Shown here in pieces: positions 17,574-28,223 of a DNA stretch of 64,000 nt. The DNA is from an uncultured Candidatus Binatia bacterium (GTDB lineage Bacteria > Desulfobacterota > Binatia > UBA9968 > JAJDTQ01), in contig OZ243916.1 in the NCBI GenBank assembly GCA_965213675.1, forward strand, positions 1,792,001-1,856,000, written 5' to 3'. The notes below the pieces were generated by a model that was given only the letters and a program-made list of their open reading frames with translations, was not told the DNA's origin and searched no databases. The translations under genes and the position numbers were made by a program. Position 1 is the stretch's first letter. Every line of letters begins with the position of its first letter.

Positions 17574-18539
17574 ATGGTCCGAGTCATTTCGAGCCTGCTG
17601 ATAACCGCCGTGACGCTGGCGGGCGCCGCTGCCGCGCTGGCCCAGAACATGCCCACGGTGCGGATCTCGTCGTTCGACAAGCCGTCCTTCGGCCACACCA
17701 CGGCTTCGCTGATCGAGGCCAACAATTTCGACAAGAAGCACGGCGTGGACCTTCAATGGGTATTCAAGCAGGGACGCGCGGCCAACACGGACTTCGCCAC
17801 CGGCAGGGACAAGCTCACCATCGCATCGGCGCTCCTTTCGGAAGCCAACCGGCGGCTCAAGGGGATCAAGTCCGTCTATCTCTTCAACGTGCTGAATGGG
17901 CACGGTGCGCTGCTGACCATGAATCCCGCCATCAACAGCGTGGCGGACCTGGAGGGCAAGAGCCTGGCGGCAGTAACCGTGACCACCAACTACGCCATGT
18001 TCCGCTACTTCGCGCAAAAGGCGGGCACCGACTTGAACAAGGTGTCGATCCAGTCCACCAACACCGCCGGGCTGGCCACCTTGCTCATGGCCAAGCGCGC
18101 CGATGCCATACACATCTGGGAGCCGAACTATTCCAAGATGCTGGTGAGCAATCCCGGCAAGCTCAAGATGATCGAATACTTCCACCAGTGGGAAGCCATC
18201 CATGGGACGCCTCAGCGCGGTTTCCTGGGCGTGGCCGCGCATCAGGACTGGATCGACGCCAACAAGGAGCTGATCCCAAAGATCTACGCGGCCTTCGGGG
18301 AGCTGGCCCAGTGGCTGCCCACGCACCATGACGAGGCCGCCGCGATCATCGAGAAGGCCGCCGGCGTACCCAAGGAGGCCTTTCTCATGGCGCTGAGCGC
18401 GGCGCGCTATCCGCTGGACGTGGTGCCGGCGGCGGAGATCGAGACGAACATCAAGGCGCTCTTTCAGGCTGGCATCGACAGCGGCTACATGAAGCAGATG
18501 CCGGACGACGGCATCATCTACCGCGGCAAGGTCCGCTAG
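17574..18539 (+). CDS. ABC transporter substrate-binding protein, NitT/TauT (SsuA/NMT1-like) family
   Basis: Signal peptide ending AAALA, SVADLEGK and IWEP; GGAGG SD. Confidence 0.88.
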   Translation: MVRVISSLLITAVTLAGAAAALAQNMPTVRISSFDKPSFGHTTASLIEANNFDKKHGVDLQWVFKQGRAANTDFATGRDKLTIASALLSEANRRLKGIKSVYLFNVLNGHGALLTMNPAINSVADLEGKSLAAVTVTTNYAMFRYFAQKAGTDLNKVSIQSTNTAGLATLLMAKRADAIHIWEPNYSKMLVSNPGKLKMIEYFHQWEAIHGTPQRGFLGVAAHQDWIDANKELIPKIYAAFGELAQWLPTHHDEAAAIIEKAAGVPKEAFLMALSAARYPLDVVPAAEIETNIKALFQAGIDSGYMKQMPDDGIIYRGKVR

Positions 18540-18572
18540 CCCGGCACCCGCGAGACACCTTCACCCGCAGGC

Positions 18573-19412
18573 ATGGAATCCGAGGCAACCCGCACCGAGG
18601 TGTCGCCGGGTCGGGCCCGGGAGGCGTGGCATGTACGCTTCCTGGGCCTGCTGGCCCGCCGCAAGGAGCCCATCATCTCCTTCGGCGTGATCCTGGCGGC
18701 ATGGCAGACCGCATCCTTCTTCGTACCCCCCTACCTGGTCCCCGGCCTCGGCGCCATCGTGGCCGCCCTCGTCGAAATCGTCGTGAGCCTGACGCTGCTG
18801 GGAGACGCCTTGACGACCATGGGGCGCATCTTCCTGGGGCTGGTGCTCGCCTTCATCAGCGGCACGATCCTGGGCGTGTTCATGGGCTTCACGGAGACGG
18901 TGGAGAAGTACACCCTGCCGGTGTTGCACTTCATCATGGGCATCCCGGCGCTCTCCTGGGTGGTTTTCGCCATCATCTGGTTCAGCCACGTGGAGACGCG
19001 CATCGCCTTCATCCTGCTGGCCGGCTGCCTGCCCAACTACGCGCTCATCATCCACGACGGTATCAAGAGCATCTCCAAGGAGTACCTGGACATGCTGCGG
19101 GCCATGCGCCCGACCCGGAAGCAGCTCTTCGCCAAGCTGATCCTGCCGGGCATGATCCCGGCCGTGCTCACCTCCTGGAAAGTGAACCTGGGGCTCGCCG
19201 CGCGCGTGGTCATCGTCGCCGAGCTGGTGGGCGCCACCCGCGGCGTGGGCAACAAACTGCTGCTGGCGCAGGAACTCTTCGAAATGCCCAAGGCCATCGC
19301 CTGGACCCTGGTACTGGTAGCGTTCCTGCTCATTACGCAGTTCGTGATCCTATTTCTGGAGAACAAGCTGCTGCGCTGGCGCCCGGCGAAACAGGGAGGG
19401 ATGGCCACATGA
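18573..19412 (+). CDS. ABC transporter permease, NitT/TauT family
   Basis: IPALSW, degenerate EAA loop, IVAELVGATRGVG. Confidence 0.9.
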   Translation: MESEATRTEVSPGRAREAWHVRFLGLLARRKEPIISFGVILAAWQTASFFVPPYLVPGLGAIVAALVEIVVSLTLLGDALTTMGRIFLGLVLAFISGTILGVFMGFTETVEKYTLPVLHFIMGIPALSWVVFAIIWFSHVETRIAFILLAGCLPNYALIIHDGIKSISKEYLDMLRAMRPTRKQLFAKLILPGMIPAVLTSWKVNLGLAARVVIVAELVGATRGVGNKLLLAQELFEMPKAIAWTLVLVAFLLITQFVILFLENKLLRWRPAKQGGMAT

Positions 19413-20179
19413 ACGCCGCCGGACCCGTGGTTCAGATGCGCGACGTGCAGATGGTCTTCACCTCGGTGGACGGCGACCGCTTCACCGCGGTGGAAGGCCT
19501 CGACCTGGAGGTGGGAAGCGGCGATGTCGTCGCCATCGTTGGCAAGACGGGCTGCGGCAAGTCCACGACCTTCAACCTGCTGCTGGGCCTGGAAAGACCG
19601 ACATCGGGCTCCATCATGCTGCTGGGGCACGATCCGTACCAGGAGTTCGACTGGTTTCGTTCCAAGCTGGGCGTGATCTTCCAGACCGACCGCCTGCTGC
19701 CCTGGCGCACGGCGCTGGAGAATGCCAGAGTCGGCTTGGAGATCCTCGAGTACAGCGAAAAGGAACAGAACGACATCGCCCTGCGGTGGCTCCACAAACT
19801 GGAGCTTCAGGGCTTCGAGGACGCCTACCCCCACGAACTGTCCGGCGGCATGCGCCAGCGCGTGGGCATGGCCCGGGCCTTCTGCCTCACCCCCGAGATC
19901 TTCTTCGCCGACGAGGCCTTCGGCCACCTGGACCAGTCCACCGCCCGGCGCCTGCGCGAAGTCTTCCTGGAACTCGTCACCGAGAGCCAGAAGACCTGCC
20001 TTCTCATCACCCACAACATCCACGAGGCCCTGGAGATCGGCTCCCGCCTGGTGATCCTTGGCCGGCCCGGCCGAGTCCTCGCCGACATGAAGACCCCCAC
20101 CAACGCCAACCGCGCCGAACTGGCCGAATTCGAGGACCGCGTCCTCGACATCATCGAAGCAAACGAAGTCGTGGGGTGA
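19409..20179 (+). CDS. ABC transporter ATP-binding protein, NitT/TauT family
   Basis: GKTGCGKST, LLPWRT, LSGGMRQR and DEAFGHLD; ATGA overlap with the permease. Confidence 0.93.
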   Translation: MNAAGPVVQMRDVQMVFTSVDGDRFTAVEGLDLEVGSGDVVAIVGKTGCGKSTTFNLLLGLERPTSGSIMLLGHDPYQEFDWFRSKLGVIFQTDRLLPWRTALENARVGLEILEYSEKEQNDIALRWLHKLELQGFEDAYPHELSGGMRQRVGMARAFCLTPEIFFADEAFGHLDQSTARRLREVFLELVTESQKTCLLITHNIHEALEIGSRLVILGRPGRVLADMKTPTNANRAELAEFEDRVLDIIEANEVVG

Positions 20180-20233
20180 GTGTCAGGGGCGACCGGCCGT
20201 CGCTCCTGGCCGGTTTCCGGCCACAGACAGGTC

Positions 20234-21547
20234 CTAACCCAGCATCTGGCTCGGCAGCCACAGCGAGATCTGCGGGAATGCCACCAGAACGATCAGGGTG
20301 AACACGTCCATGAGGAAGAACGGCAGGATGCCCTTGAATATGTCTTCAAGGCGCACCATGCCGTGCGCCGCGGCATTCACGGTGTAGACATTCATTCCCA
20401 CGGGGGGCGTGATGAGGCCGATCTCCGACGTCTTGATAACCAGCACACCGAACCAGATGCCGCTGAAGCCCATCTCCACGACGATGGGAAAAACAATGGG
20501 GAGGGTGATGGCCATCATGGCGGCCGGGTCCATGAACATGCCCAGGAACACGTAAAGCAGCAGGAATCCAGCCAGGATCAGGTGACGCGGCATGCCGGAA
20601 TCCACAAGGTAATCGGCCAACTGCGGACCCACATTGGTGATGGCCAGGAACCGGCTGAAGATGTAGGCGCCGATGATGATGGTGAAGAGCATCGTGGTGG
20701 AGGTGGCGGTGTCCAGGACCGTGTTGCGCAGCCTCTCGCGCGAGAACGCGCCCTTGCAAATCATGATGATGAACGCGCCAAAGGCGCCGAAGGCGCCCGC
20801 CTCGGTGGGGGTGGCGATGCCCAGGTAGATGGCGCCCATCACGATGATGGAGAGCGTGACGATGCCCCAGACCCGGTAGAGCGAGAGGAGCTTCTCCCTG
20901 AGCGGCGGCCGCTCCTCGATGATCGGAGCCATCTCCGGGCGGAGCCGGACCCAGCAGGAAATCATGCCCATGTAGATGAGCGCGGAGAGGACTCCGGGAA
21001 TGAAGCCGGCGATGAGCAGTTTACCGATGGACTGCTCGGTGATGATGCCGTAGATGATCATGAGGCCGCTGGGCGGGATCAACGCGCCCAGGGTCCCGGA
21101 GGCCGCGATGGCGCCGGTGGCGATGCGCTTGTCGTAGCCGTATTTGAGCATCTCCGGCAGCGCTACCTGGGTGAAGGTGGCCGCCGTGGCCACGCTCGAC
21201 CCGCAGGCGGCGGCAAAGGCCGCGCAACTCGCGGTGGTGGCCATGGCGAGTCCGCCCCGGACGCGGCCCATCCACTTGTGCACCACCGAGTAGATGTCCG
21301 CGCTCAAGCCGCCGTAGTTGGCGAACTGGCCCATGAGGATGAAGACGGGGATGGCGAAGAAGGTGAAGTTGGCCACCACCTTGTACGGCGTGGTCCGCAA
21401 CAGTCCGATGCCGGCCTCCCAGCTACCGGTGATCATGACGAAGCCCAACACGCCCACCAGTCCCAGCGACACGGCCACGTGAAGGCCGCACAGCAGCAGG
21501 ATGATCAGCACGAAGACGCTGGCGATGGCCAGAAAGGTTGGGTCCAT
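20234..21547 (-). CDS. dctM: TRAP transporter large permease
   Basis: AIPVFILMG, GSSVATAA, LGALIPPS, ATPTEAG and ITPPVGMN. Confidence 0.95.
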   Translation of the reverse strand: MDPTFLAIASVFVLIILLLCGLHVAVSLGLVGVLGFVMITGSWEAGIGLLRTTPYKVVANFTFFAIPVFILMGQFANYGGLSADIYSVVHKWMGRVRGGLAMATTASCAAFAAACGSSVATAATFTQVALPEMLKYGYDKRIATGAIAASGTLGALIPPSGLMIIYGIITEQSIGKLLIAGFIPGVLSALIYMGMISCWVRLRPEMAPIIEERPPLREKLLSLYRVWGIVTLSIIVMGAIYLGIATPTEAGAFGAFGAFIIMICKGAFSRERLRNTVLDTATSTTMLFTIIIGAYIFSRFLAITNVGPQLADYLVDSGMPRHLILAGFLLLYVFLGMFMDPAAMMAITLPIVFPIVVEMGFSGIWFGVLVIKTSEIGLITPPVGMNVYTVNAAAHGMVRLEDIFKGILPFFLMDVFTLIVLVAFPQISLWLPSQMLG

Positions 21548-21554
21548 GTAACGC

Positions 21555-22103
21555 CTACCCCGGGGTGATGAGACTCCGATACCGTTTCCGGGCGTCTCGT
21601 AACAGTTGGATGGCGATGAGGACGGCGCCGAAGGGGATGGCCAGCTTGGGCGGATAGACGGGGATCTGCACCAGTCCGTCGGACGCCTCGCGATATTCCA
21701 GGGCCGACAGCCCCGCGTGCCACGACTGCCAGGCCATCAACACGAAGAACACCGCCGCGATCACGAGCACCACCACCGCAAGTCCATCCGCTACCTTTCC
21801 AGGCAGCCGTTGGGTCATCAGCTCCACGCAGATATGCCGCTTGGTGAGCTGGACGTAGGCCATGCTGAAGAACACCACGAACACGATGAGGAACTCGGTG
21901 AACTCCAGCGTCCCGGGAATGGGGCTCGAAAACACGTAGCGCCCGGTGACGTCCACCGTGATCAGCAGCATCATGAAGAAGAGCACGTAGCCGCTGATTT
22001 CGTTCAGGAGAGTGAGGAACCGGGTGATCAACGTCCGGTCGCCATCCGGCGGAGCGAACTCGGGGTTCGCCCCGGACTCAACGAGATCCTTTGATTTGTC
22101 CAA
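21555..22103 (-). CDS. dctQ: TRAP transporter small permease
   Basis: DVTGRYVFSSPIPG, HICVE, four TM segments; lies between dctP and dctM. Confidence 0.9.
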   Translation of the reverse strand: MDKSKDLVESGANPEFAPPDGDRTLITRFLTLLNEISGYVLFFMMLLITVDVTGRYVFSSPIPGTLEFTEFLIVFVVFFSMAYVQLTKRHICVELMTQRLPGKVADGLAVVVLVIAAVFFVLMAWQSWHAGLSALEYREASDGLVQIPVYPPKLAIPFGAVLIAIQLLRDARKRYRSLITPG

Positions 22104-22134
22104 GAGCGATGAACCTCCTGGCGGGTGATGGGTT

Positions 22135-22168
22135 GTCGCAGGGGCGGCCGTCCGGCCGCCCCTGCGAC
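22135..22168. repeat. Perfect 16-bp-arm palindrome between dctP and dctQ (REP-like hairpin)
   Basis: GTCGCAGGGGCGGCCG-TC-CGGCCGCCCCTGCGAC. Confidence 0.8.
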
Positions 22169-22202
22169 CCGCAATTCAATGGCGAGGAGTGCTTTCCACG
22201 GA

Positions 22203-23234
22203 CTACTTGCCCAGGAAGACTTCCAGCGCCCGCTTGCCGGGCAGACCGAGTTTTTCGACGCTGGCCACCCAGTCGGCAGCGATCTTCTTGACGCCCGGGG
22301 TGTTCTTCCACTTCTCCCGGTCGGAGTCCGAGAACTCGACGATCTTCACACCCTTGCCCTTGAGATACTCCTGGAACTTCAGATCATCATCCTTCATGGC
22401 TTGGGCTTCCCACGCGCCCACGCGCTCGCCTTCTTCCATAAGGATCTTCTGGTGCTCCTTGGACAGCGAGTCCCATTTCCGCTTGTTGATGGTGAACGTG
22501 TTGACGCCGGCGATGGCTCCCAGGCGGATGGTGCTCATGTACTTGGCCACCTCGTAGGTCTTGAACCGCTGGGCTGCCTCGAAAGACAGGATGCGCGCGT
22601 CGATGGTCTTGCGCTGCAGGGCCTCGTACATCTCGCCGCCGGTGGTGCTTACGGGGATGGCGCCCGACGCCTTGATGGCCTTGGGGGCGATACGGCCGAA
22701 CGTGCCGACCTTCTTGCCCTTCAGGTCCGCCAGGTTGCGGATAGGCTCGTGAGCCACGAGCTGGTAGTCCGCCGTCGCGGTCATGCCCACCACGTGGTGT
22801 CCGAACTTGGTCAGTTCCGCCAAGGCCTCCGGCACTTCCCTCAAGACGCGCAGGCCGCCTTTGCGCGCCTCCACCGGATCGCTCACGGAGAAGGGCAATC
22901 CGCCCACCTGCAGCAGACGGACCTTGTCGGAGAAATACCCGATGGCCAGATCGGCCATGTCGGAGGTGCCCAACTGCACCGCTTCCAGGGCCTCCTTGGC
23001 ATGCACCAGCGAGTTGGCCCAGAAGATCTGCACCTCGATCTCGCCGTTGGTCCGCTTGGCCACGCCCTCCTTGAAGTGCACGATGTAATCCGCACGCGGT
23101 GTTCCGGGGCGAGCCGACTGCGTCGCCACCTTCAGGATGATCTTGGACTGGGCGTCCGTCGGTACCGCTACGCCTGCGGCGCACAGCAAGCCGGCCATCA
23201 GGAAGACCGCCAATGTTCTCGAGAGTACTTTCAT
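22203..23234 (-). CDS. dctP: TRAP transporter substrate-binding protein
   Basis: Signal peptide, RTNGEIEVQIF, DLKGKK and EMYEALQR; start ATG 23234. Confidence 0.92.
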   Translation of the reverse strand: MKVLSRTLAVFLMAGLLCAAGVAVPTDAQSKIILKVATQSARPGTPRADYIVHFKEGVAKRTNGEIEVQIFWANSLVHAKEALEAVQLGTSDMADLAIGYFSDKVRLLQVGGLPFSVSDPVEARKGGLRVLREVPEALAELTKFGHHVVGMTATADYQLVAHEPIRNLADLKGKKVGTFGRIAPKAIKASGAIPVSTTGGEMYEALQRKTIDARILSFEAAQRFKTYEVAKYMSTIRLGAIAGVNTFTINKRKWDSLSKEHQKILMEEGERVGAWEAQAMKDDDLKFQEYLKGKGVKIVEFSDSDREKWKNTPGVKKIAADWVASVEKLGLPGKRALEVFLGK

Positions 23235-23315
23235 GCTTTCCCCTTTCTCATGTGACTGTCTCTTGTCGTGCGCGTCAGGCCACCCTGACACCACGCCGCA
23301 CGAAACGAATGAGGC

Positions 23316-23345
23316 ACCCTAAGCGAACCGGCGAAAGGATGTCAA
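23316..23345 (-). promoter_or_regulatory. Possible sigma70 promoter for the TRAP operon
   Basis: Minus strand TTGACA-18 bp-TAGGGT with an AT-rich upstream tract. Confidence 0.45.
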
Positions 23346-23396
23346 GACAGTTGAAATTAATGCGCCGCTATCGAACCCGCAAGTCCGCGGCGGCCC

Positions 23397-24167
23397 TCAG
23401 ATGGCCGGCGCCCTGTCCTTGGGGAAGTTGGACGCCGCGGTGACGCCGCCGTCGCAGATGAGGTTCTCGCCCCACACGAAACCGGAGTCGTCGCTGGCCA
23501 GGAACAGCATGGCCCTGGCCTGATCCTCGGCGGTGCCCAGGCGTCCCGCCAGGTTCTTGAACTCCCGGCCCACGGCGCCCTCGTCCTGGCCCACGGGCGA
23601 GCCCGAGCGGTTGGGGGTGAGGCAGTTCACCCGGATGTTGTACTGCGAGAGTTGCACGGCCATGCCGCGGGAGAGGTTCACCACGCCGCCCTTGGCCGCC
23701 ATGTAGGCAATGGCATCGGTGCGGCCGGAGAGTCCCGACGTGGACGCCACGTTCACGATGACCCCACCCCTGCCCTGCTTCACCATCTGCTCGGCCACGT
23801 AGCGGCCCACCAGGAACGGTCCCTTGAGAGTTACGTCGATGACCAGATCCCATTCCTCTTCCGAGATGCTGAAGATGGTCTCGTGGTCGGTGACAGCGGC
23901 GTTGTTCACCAGGATGTCGACGCCGCCGAAGGCGTCCACCGTGGCCTTCACCATGGCCTTCACGTCTTCGGTGTCGGCGACGTTGCACTTGGCGTAAATG
24001 GCCTCGTGTCCGGCGGCCTTGAGATCGCCGACGACCTTCTCGCCGCGGCCGGGGTCCATGTCCACAATGCAGATCCTGGCCCCTTCCGAGGCGAACAGCT
24101 TGGCGGCGGCCTCGCCGATGTTGCGGCCGGAGCCGGTAATGATCGCCACACGGTCCTTGAGCTTCAT
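23397..24167 (-). CDS. SDR family oxidoreductase
   Basis: TGSGRNIG, NNAA and YMAAK; AGGAGG SD. Confidence 0.93.
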   Translation of the reverse strand: MKLKDRVAIITGSGRNIGEAAAKLFASEGARICIVDMDPGRGEKVVGDLKAAGHEAIYAKCNVADTEDVKAMVKATVDAFGGVDILVNNAAVTDHETIFSISEEEWDLVIDVTLKGPFLVGRYVAEQMVKQGRGGVIVNVASTSGLSGRTDAIAYMAAKGGVVNLSRGMAVQLSQYNIRVNCLTPNRSGSPVGQDEGAVGREFKNLAGRLGTAEDQARAMLFLASDDSGFVWGENLICDGGVTAASNFPKDRAPAI

Positions 24168-24277
24168 GCTTTCCTCCTTCGCCCCGCCACGACGGTGTTG
24201 TTTCGGGGTCGTCTTGTTTTGTTTTCCCGCCAAGGATGTGCTGTCCGGTTACGCCGCACAACAGGCTTCCTGGCGTC

Positions 24278-26590
24278 CTAAACGGTGTCGAGCATCCCCA
24301 GAAATATCTTCTCCGCGGTCACCGGCAGATCCTTGATGCGCACGCCCACGGCGTTGTCCACCGCGTTGGCGATGGAGGGCGCCACCGGGATGAGCGAGGT
24401 CTCGCCGATGCCCTTGGCGCCGAAGGGGCCGTTCTTGTGCGGCACCTCCACCGGAATGGGCGTGATCTCGTCGGGCATGTCCCCCAGAGCCGGGAGCACA
24501 TAGTCCACGAGATTGGGATTCACCAGAACCCCGTTGTCCCACACCATCTGCTCGAACAGCGCCTGCCCCAGGCCCGTGATGGCCCCGCCCACGAGCTGCT
24601 GCTGGCACCCCATAGGCGTGATGACCTTGCCCACGTCCACCGCGGTGACGTGCTTCAGCACCCGCAGCCGGCCGGTGTCCTTGTCGATCTCCACTTCGCT
24701 GCCGCCGGCGCCCACGAACCAGAACGACGAGGTGGTCTTGTCTCCGGTTTTGGGATCCACGGTGCCGGTCTTGACCTCGCCCCGGCCCACCAGCGTGCCC
24801 CCCTGCATGCCGAAATGATTGAACAGCACCTCACGGAAATCCAGCGCGTGCTCGCGGAACAGCACCTTTCCGCCCTCGGTACGGGTTTCCTCGAAGGGCA
24901 CGCCGTGCTCCTCGGAGACGAACCGGCGAAGCTGCTCGCACAGGTCCAGCGACGCCAGCTCCAGCGCCTTGCCCATGTGAAAGGTGGAACGGCTCGACGA
25001 GGTGGTGAGGTCGTAGGGCACCACGTCCGTGTCCACCCCCAGAACGGACACCTGGTCCAGGGTGATCCCCAGGGTATCGGCCACGATGGTCGCCATGGCC
25101 GTGTCCGACCCCTGCCCCATCTCCACCGTGCTGGTGAACACGTTGACGCTGCCGTCCTCGTTGAGCTTGATGGCCGCGCACGAGATGGACGGCGTGATGG
25201 TGGCCTTGATGAGCGCCGCAAGGCCCTTGCCGCGCACCTTGGACGGATCCGCCGGCGCGGCCGCCGGCTTGCCCCATTCCATCTCGTTGGCGACCTTCTC
25301 CAGGCAGCTCTTGACGCCGATGCTCCAGAGCTTCTCACCGGTGACGAACTCGTCGCCCTCGTCGTAGATGTTCTGCATGCGCAGCTCGAAAGGGTCCCGC
25401 CCCAGCGCGTTGGCGATGATGTCGGTCTGGGATTCGCTGGCCCAGGCCGATTGGGACACGCCGAAGCCGCGGAACGCCCCCGCGGGCGGCTTGTTGGTGT
25501 AGACGGACTTGGCGTCGATCTTCACGTGCTTGAACTTGTAGGGGCCAGCCGCGGTGTAGGCGGATTTCTTCGCCACCCGGGGACCGATCTCCGCGAACGC
25601 GCCGGTGTCGAGGAAGACTTCCGCTTCCCGCGCGTGGAAGGCGCCGTCGGCCTTGACCCCGGTCTTCATGCGGATGAACGCCGCATGTTTGGTCACCGTA
25701 TAGAACACCTCTTCCCGGCTCAGCAGGATGCGCACCGGCCGCCCGGCCTTCCGCGCCAGCGCCATGGTGAGGGGCTCGATCTTGGGGTAGACCTTGCTGC
25801 CGTAGCCGCCGCCGAGATACGGCACCATGATGCGGATCTTCGACACCGGCATCTTGAATATGTTGGCGAGCTGGGTGCGCACCACGAACGGGTTCTGGGT
25901 GGTGGACCAAACGTTCACGCGCCCGTCGGGCTGGAACGCGGCAATACAGCCGTGGGGCTCCAGCGCCACATGCTGGGTGGTGGGCAGGATGAAGGTATCC
26001 TCGAAGACATGGGCGCACTCGGCAAAGCCCTGCTCGATATCGCCCTTGCGCAGCTTGAAGTGGGTGCAGACGTTGGTGTTCTCGATGGGCTTCAATTCGG
26101 CCAGGTCGGCGAAGCCGTGCTCGGGAATGCGCACGGTCTCGTGCACCAGCACGGCGTCTTCCTTCACCGAATCGCGCACGTCCATCACCGGCGGCAGATC
26201 CTCGTACTCCACCACAATGCGGCTCGCCGCCTCTTCCGCGGCCTCCCGGGTTTCCGCCGCCACCCCGGCCACCGGGTCCCCCACGTGCCGCACCTTGTCC
26301 GCCGCCACGATGGTCTGGTCCTTGAACACCGGACCATAGTAGGGCTCGATGCCCATGCCCTCGACCACGTCGTCCTTGGTGTAGATCGCCACCACCCCGG
26401 GCACCTTGCGCGCCTCGGACGCGTCCACGTAGCGGATCCACGCGTGCGCCCTCGGGCTCCGCAAAACGGCGCCCTCGCACACCCCCGGCATCTTCATGTC
26501 CGCAAGATACGCGGCCCGGCCCGTCAGCTTGGCCTGGTAGTCCAGGCGCTGTCCGTTGCCCGCGCTCAGCGGCCTCTCGCTTGTCGCCAT
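24278..26590 (-). CDS. Xanthine dehydrogenase family molybdopterin-binding (large) subunit
   Basis: LRSPRAHA, LGGGYGSK, PAGAFRGFG, EMGQG and GAKGIGE; start ATG 26590. Confidence 0.95.
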   Translation of the reverse strand: MATSERPLSAGNGQRLDYQAKLTGRAAYLADMKMPGVCEGAVLRSPRAHAWIRYVDASEARKVPGVVAIYTKDDVVEGMGIEPYYGPVFKDQTIVAADKVRHVGDPVAGVAAETREAAEEAASRIVVEYEDLPPVMDVRDSVKEDAVLVHETVRIPEHGFADLAELKPIENTNVCTHFKLRKGDIEQGFAECAHVFEDTFILPTTQHVALEPHGCIAAFQPDGRVNVWSTTQNPFVVRTQLANIFKMPVSKIRIMVPYLGGGYGSKVYPKIEPLTMALARKAGRPVRILLSREEVFYTVTKHAAFIRMKTGVKADGAFHAREAEVFLDTGAFAEIGPRVAKKSAYTAAGPYKFKHVKIDAKSVYTNKPPAGAFRGFGVSQSAWASESQTDIIANALGRDPFELRMQNIYDEGDEFVTGEKLWSIGVKSCLEKVANEMEWGKPAAAPADPSKVRGKGLAALIKATITPSISCAAIKLNEDGSVNVFTSTVEMGQGSDTAMATIVADTLGITLDQVSVLGVDTDVVPYDLTTSSSRSTFHMGKALELASLDLCEQLRRFVSEEHGVPFEETRTEGGKVLFREHALDFREVLFNHFGMQGGTLVGRGEVKTGTVDPKTGDKTTSSFWFVGAGGSEVEIDKDTGRLRVLKHVTAVDVGKVITPMGCQQQLVGGAITGLGQALFEQMVWDNGVLVNPNLVDYVLPALGDMPDEITPIPVEVPHKNGPFGAKGIGETSLIPVAPSIANAVDNAVGVRIKDLPVTAEKIFLGMLDTV

Positions 26591-26633
26591 GAAACGCTCC
26601 TCTGGAACCTCACGCGGTGCGCCGGCCGCGTTC

Positions 26634-27095
26634 CTATGCCTGGACCACGCCGCGGATGGCTTGCATGATCTCCTGATAGCAGCCGCAGCGGCAGAAATTG
26701 CCACCCATGTAGCTCTTGATCTGCTCGTCGTCGGGTCGGGGATTCTCGTCCAGCATGGCCTTGGCGGTGAGCAGGAAGCCCGAAGTGCAATAGCCGCATT
26801 GAAGCGCCCCATGCGTCATGAACGCCTCCTGCAACGGGTGCAGCCGGCCGCCTTCGGCCAGCCCTTCCACGGTGCTGACCTTGCGCCCGTCCGCGTCCAC
26901 CGCCAGCACCGAGCATGCGCTGACCGGTTTGCCGTCGAGCAGCAGCGTGCACGCGCCGCACACCTGGATGTCGCAGCCCAGTTTGGCGCCGGTGAGGCCC
27001 AACTCATCCCGCACCACGTCCAGCAACGAGCGCCAAGGCTCCACCTCCACTTGCCGCGAAGCGCCGTTGACCTCCATGGTGATGGCCTTCTTCAT
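26634..27095 (-). CDS. 2x[2Fe-2S] small subunit of Mo-hydroxylase
   Basis: GCDIQVCGAC, QCGYC and CRCG. Confidence 0.95.
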   Translation of the reverse strand: MKKAITMEVNGASRQVEVEPWRSLLDVVRDELGLTGAKLGCDIQVCGACTLLLDGKPVSACSVLAVDADGRKVSTVEGLAEGGRLHPLQEAFMTHGALQCGYCTSGFLLTAKAMLDENPRPDDEQIKSYMGGNFCRCGCYQEIMQAIRGVVQA

Positions 27096-27151
27096 GCCGT
27101 GAATTCCTCCCTGTCCGTGCCCGCATTCGGAATGGCGCCAGCGCTCGGATC

Positions 27152-27249
27152 CGTCATTGCCACGGAAGCGGGACTCCAGGTGGCGCGGGGCGGCGACCCA
27201 CGCCCGTCCGTGGCCCTCCCCCTGGATTCACGCTTCCGCGGCAATGACG
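27152..27249. repeat. REP doublet, GTCATTCCCGCGNAAGCGGGAATCCA family
   Basis: CGTCATTGCCACGGAAGCGGGACTCCAGG ... CCTGGATTCACGCTTCCGCGGCAATGACG inverted pair. Confidence 0.8.
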
Positions 27250-27299
27250 AGGTGGGGCGCCGGTACCGTTTCGAGACCTTACCGGAAATGGCCACAGCC

Positions 27300-28175
27300 T
27301 TAACTGCTGCCTTTCGCCTTTTCGTAAACCCTGGGCGCCAGCCGTCGGACCAGCGCCGCCACCATTTCGCGCTTGTAGCGCTCGGAGCCGCGCAAGTCGT
27401 CCATGGGGTCGCATTCGCCGGCGGCGGCACGGGCCGCCGCCTGGAGGTTCTCGTCCGTCAGCGGCTTTCCATCCAGCGCCGCCTCGGCATTGCGCGCGCG
27501 CATGGGCGTGGGCGCAACGCACCCCAAACCGATGCGCACGTCACCGCAGGCGCCGTCGTCCGGGTTCACCGACATGCGCACGGCCACACCGATGCACGGC
27601 TTGTCCACCACCGAACTGCTGGAGAAGCGCACGTAGTCGATGGCGCTATGGGCCGGCAACGGCGGGAGCACCACGTGCGTGAGCACCTCGTCCTCCTGCA
27701 ACTGAGTCTCGTAGTAGTCCACGAAGACAGCTTCCAACGGCAGCGTGCGCCCGCCCGACGTGTTGGCGATGCGTACCGTGGCGTCCAGAGTGATGAACAC
27801 GCACGGCAGGTCGGTCAACGGCTCGCCCGAGGCGATGTTGCCGCCCACCGTGGCCATGTTGCGCACGCGGATGTTGGCCACGTCGTGCTCCAGCTCGCAC
27901 AGCACCGGCAGGCGCTCGGCCAGGAGCGCGGAGGTCTCGATGTCATGATGAGTCACCAGCGCGCCGATGACCAGATCGTCCCCCGACACCTCGATGCGCT
28001 GCAACGCGTCGATCTTCTTGATGTTGATCAGCGCGTCCGGCTGCAGGAATCCCTGCTTGAGCAAGATCGTCAGCGAACTGCCGCCGGCGAACACGCGCGC
28101 GTTGCCCGCGTACTGCTTCAGCAGTCCGCACGCTTCATCCACGGTGCCGGGTTCCAGGTATTCGAAGTGTTTCAT
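27300..28175 (-). CDS. FAD-binding medium subunit of Mo-hydroxylase
   Basis: FEYLEP, AGGSSL and RVRNMATVGGN. Confidence 0.95.
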   Translation of the reverse strand: MKHFEYLEPGTVDEACGLLKQYAGNARVFAGGSSLTILLKQGFLQPDALINIKKIDALQRIEVSGDDLVIGALVTHHDIETSALLAERLPVLCELEHDVANIRVRNMATVGGNIASGEPLTDLPCVFITLDATVRIANTSGGRTLPLEAVFVDYYETQLQEDEVLTHVVLPPLPAHSAIDYVRFSSSSVVDKPCIGVAVRMSVNPDDGACGDVRIGLGCVAPTPMRARNAEAALDGKPLTDENLQAAARAAAGECDPMDDLRGSERYKREMVAALVRRLAPRVYEKAKGSS

Positions 28176-28223
28176 GATCCGCCGGAAGAGTTCTTGGTTG
28201 GTTTGTCCGGGCGCCCCGCCGCC

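Noticed and set aside
24278-28175. coxMSL aerobic CO dehydrogenase
   Set aside because: Active-site loop is GAFRGFG, not AYxCSFR (form I) or AYRGAGR (form II), and there are no cox accessory genes
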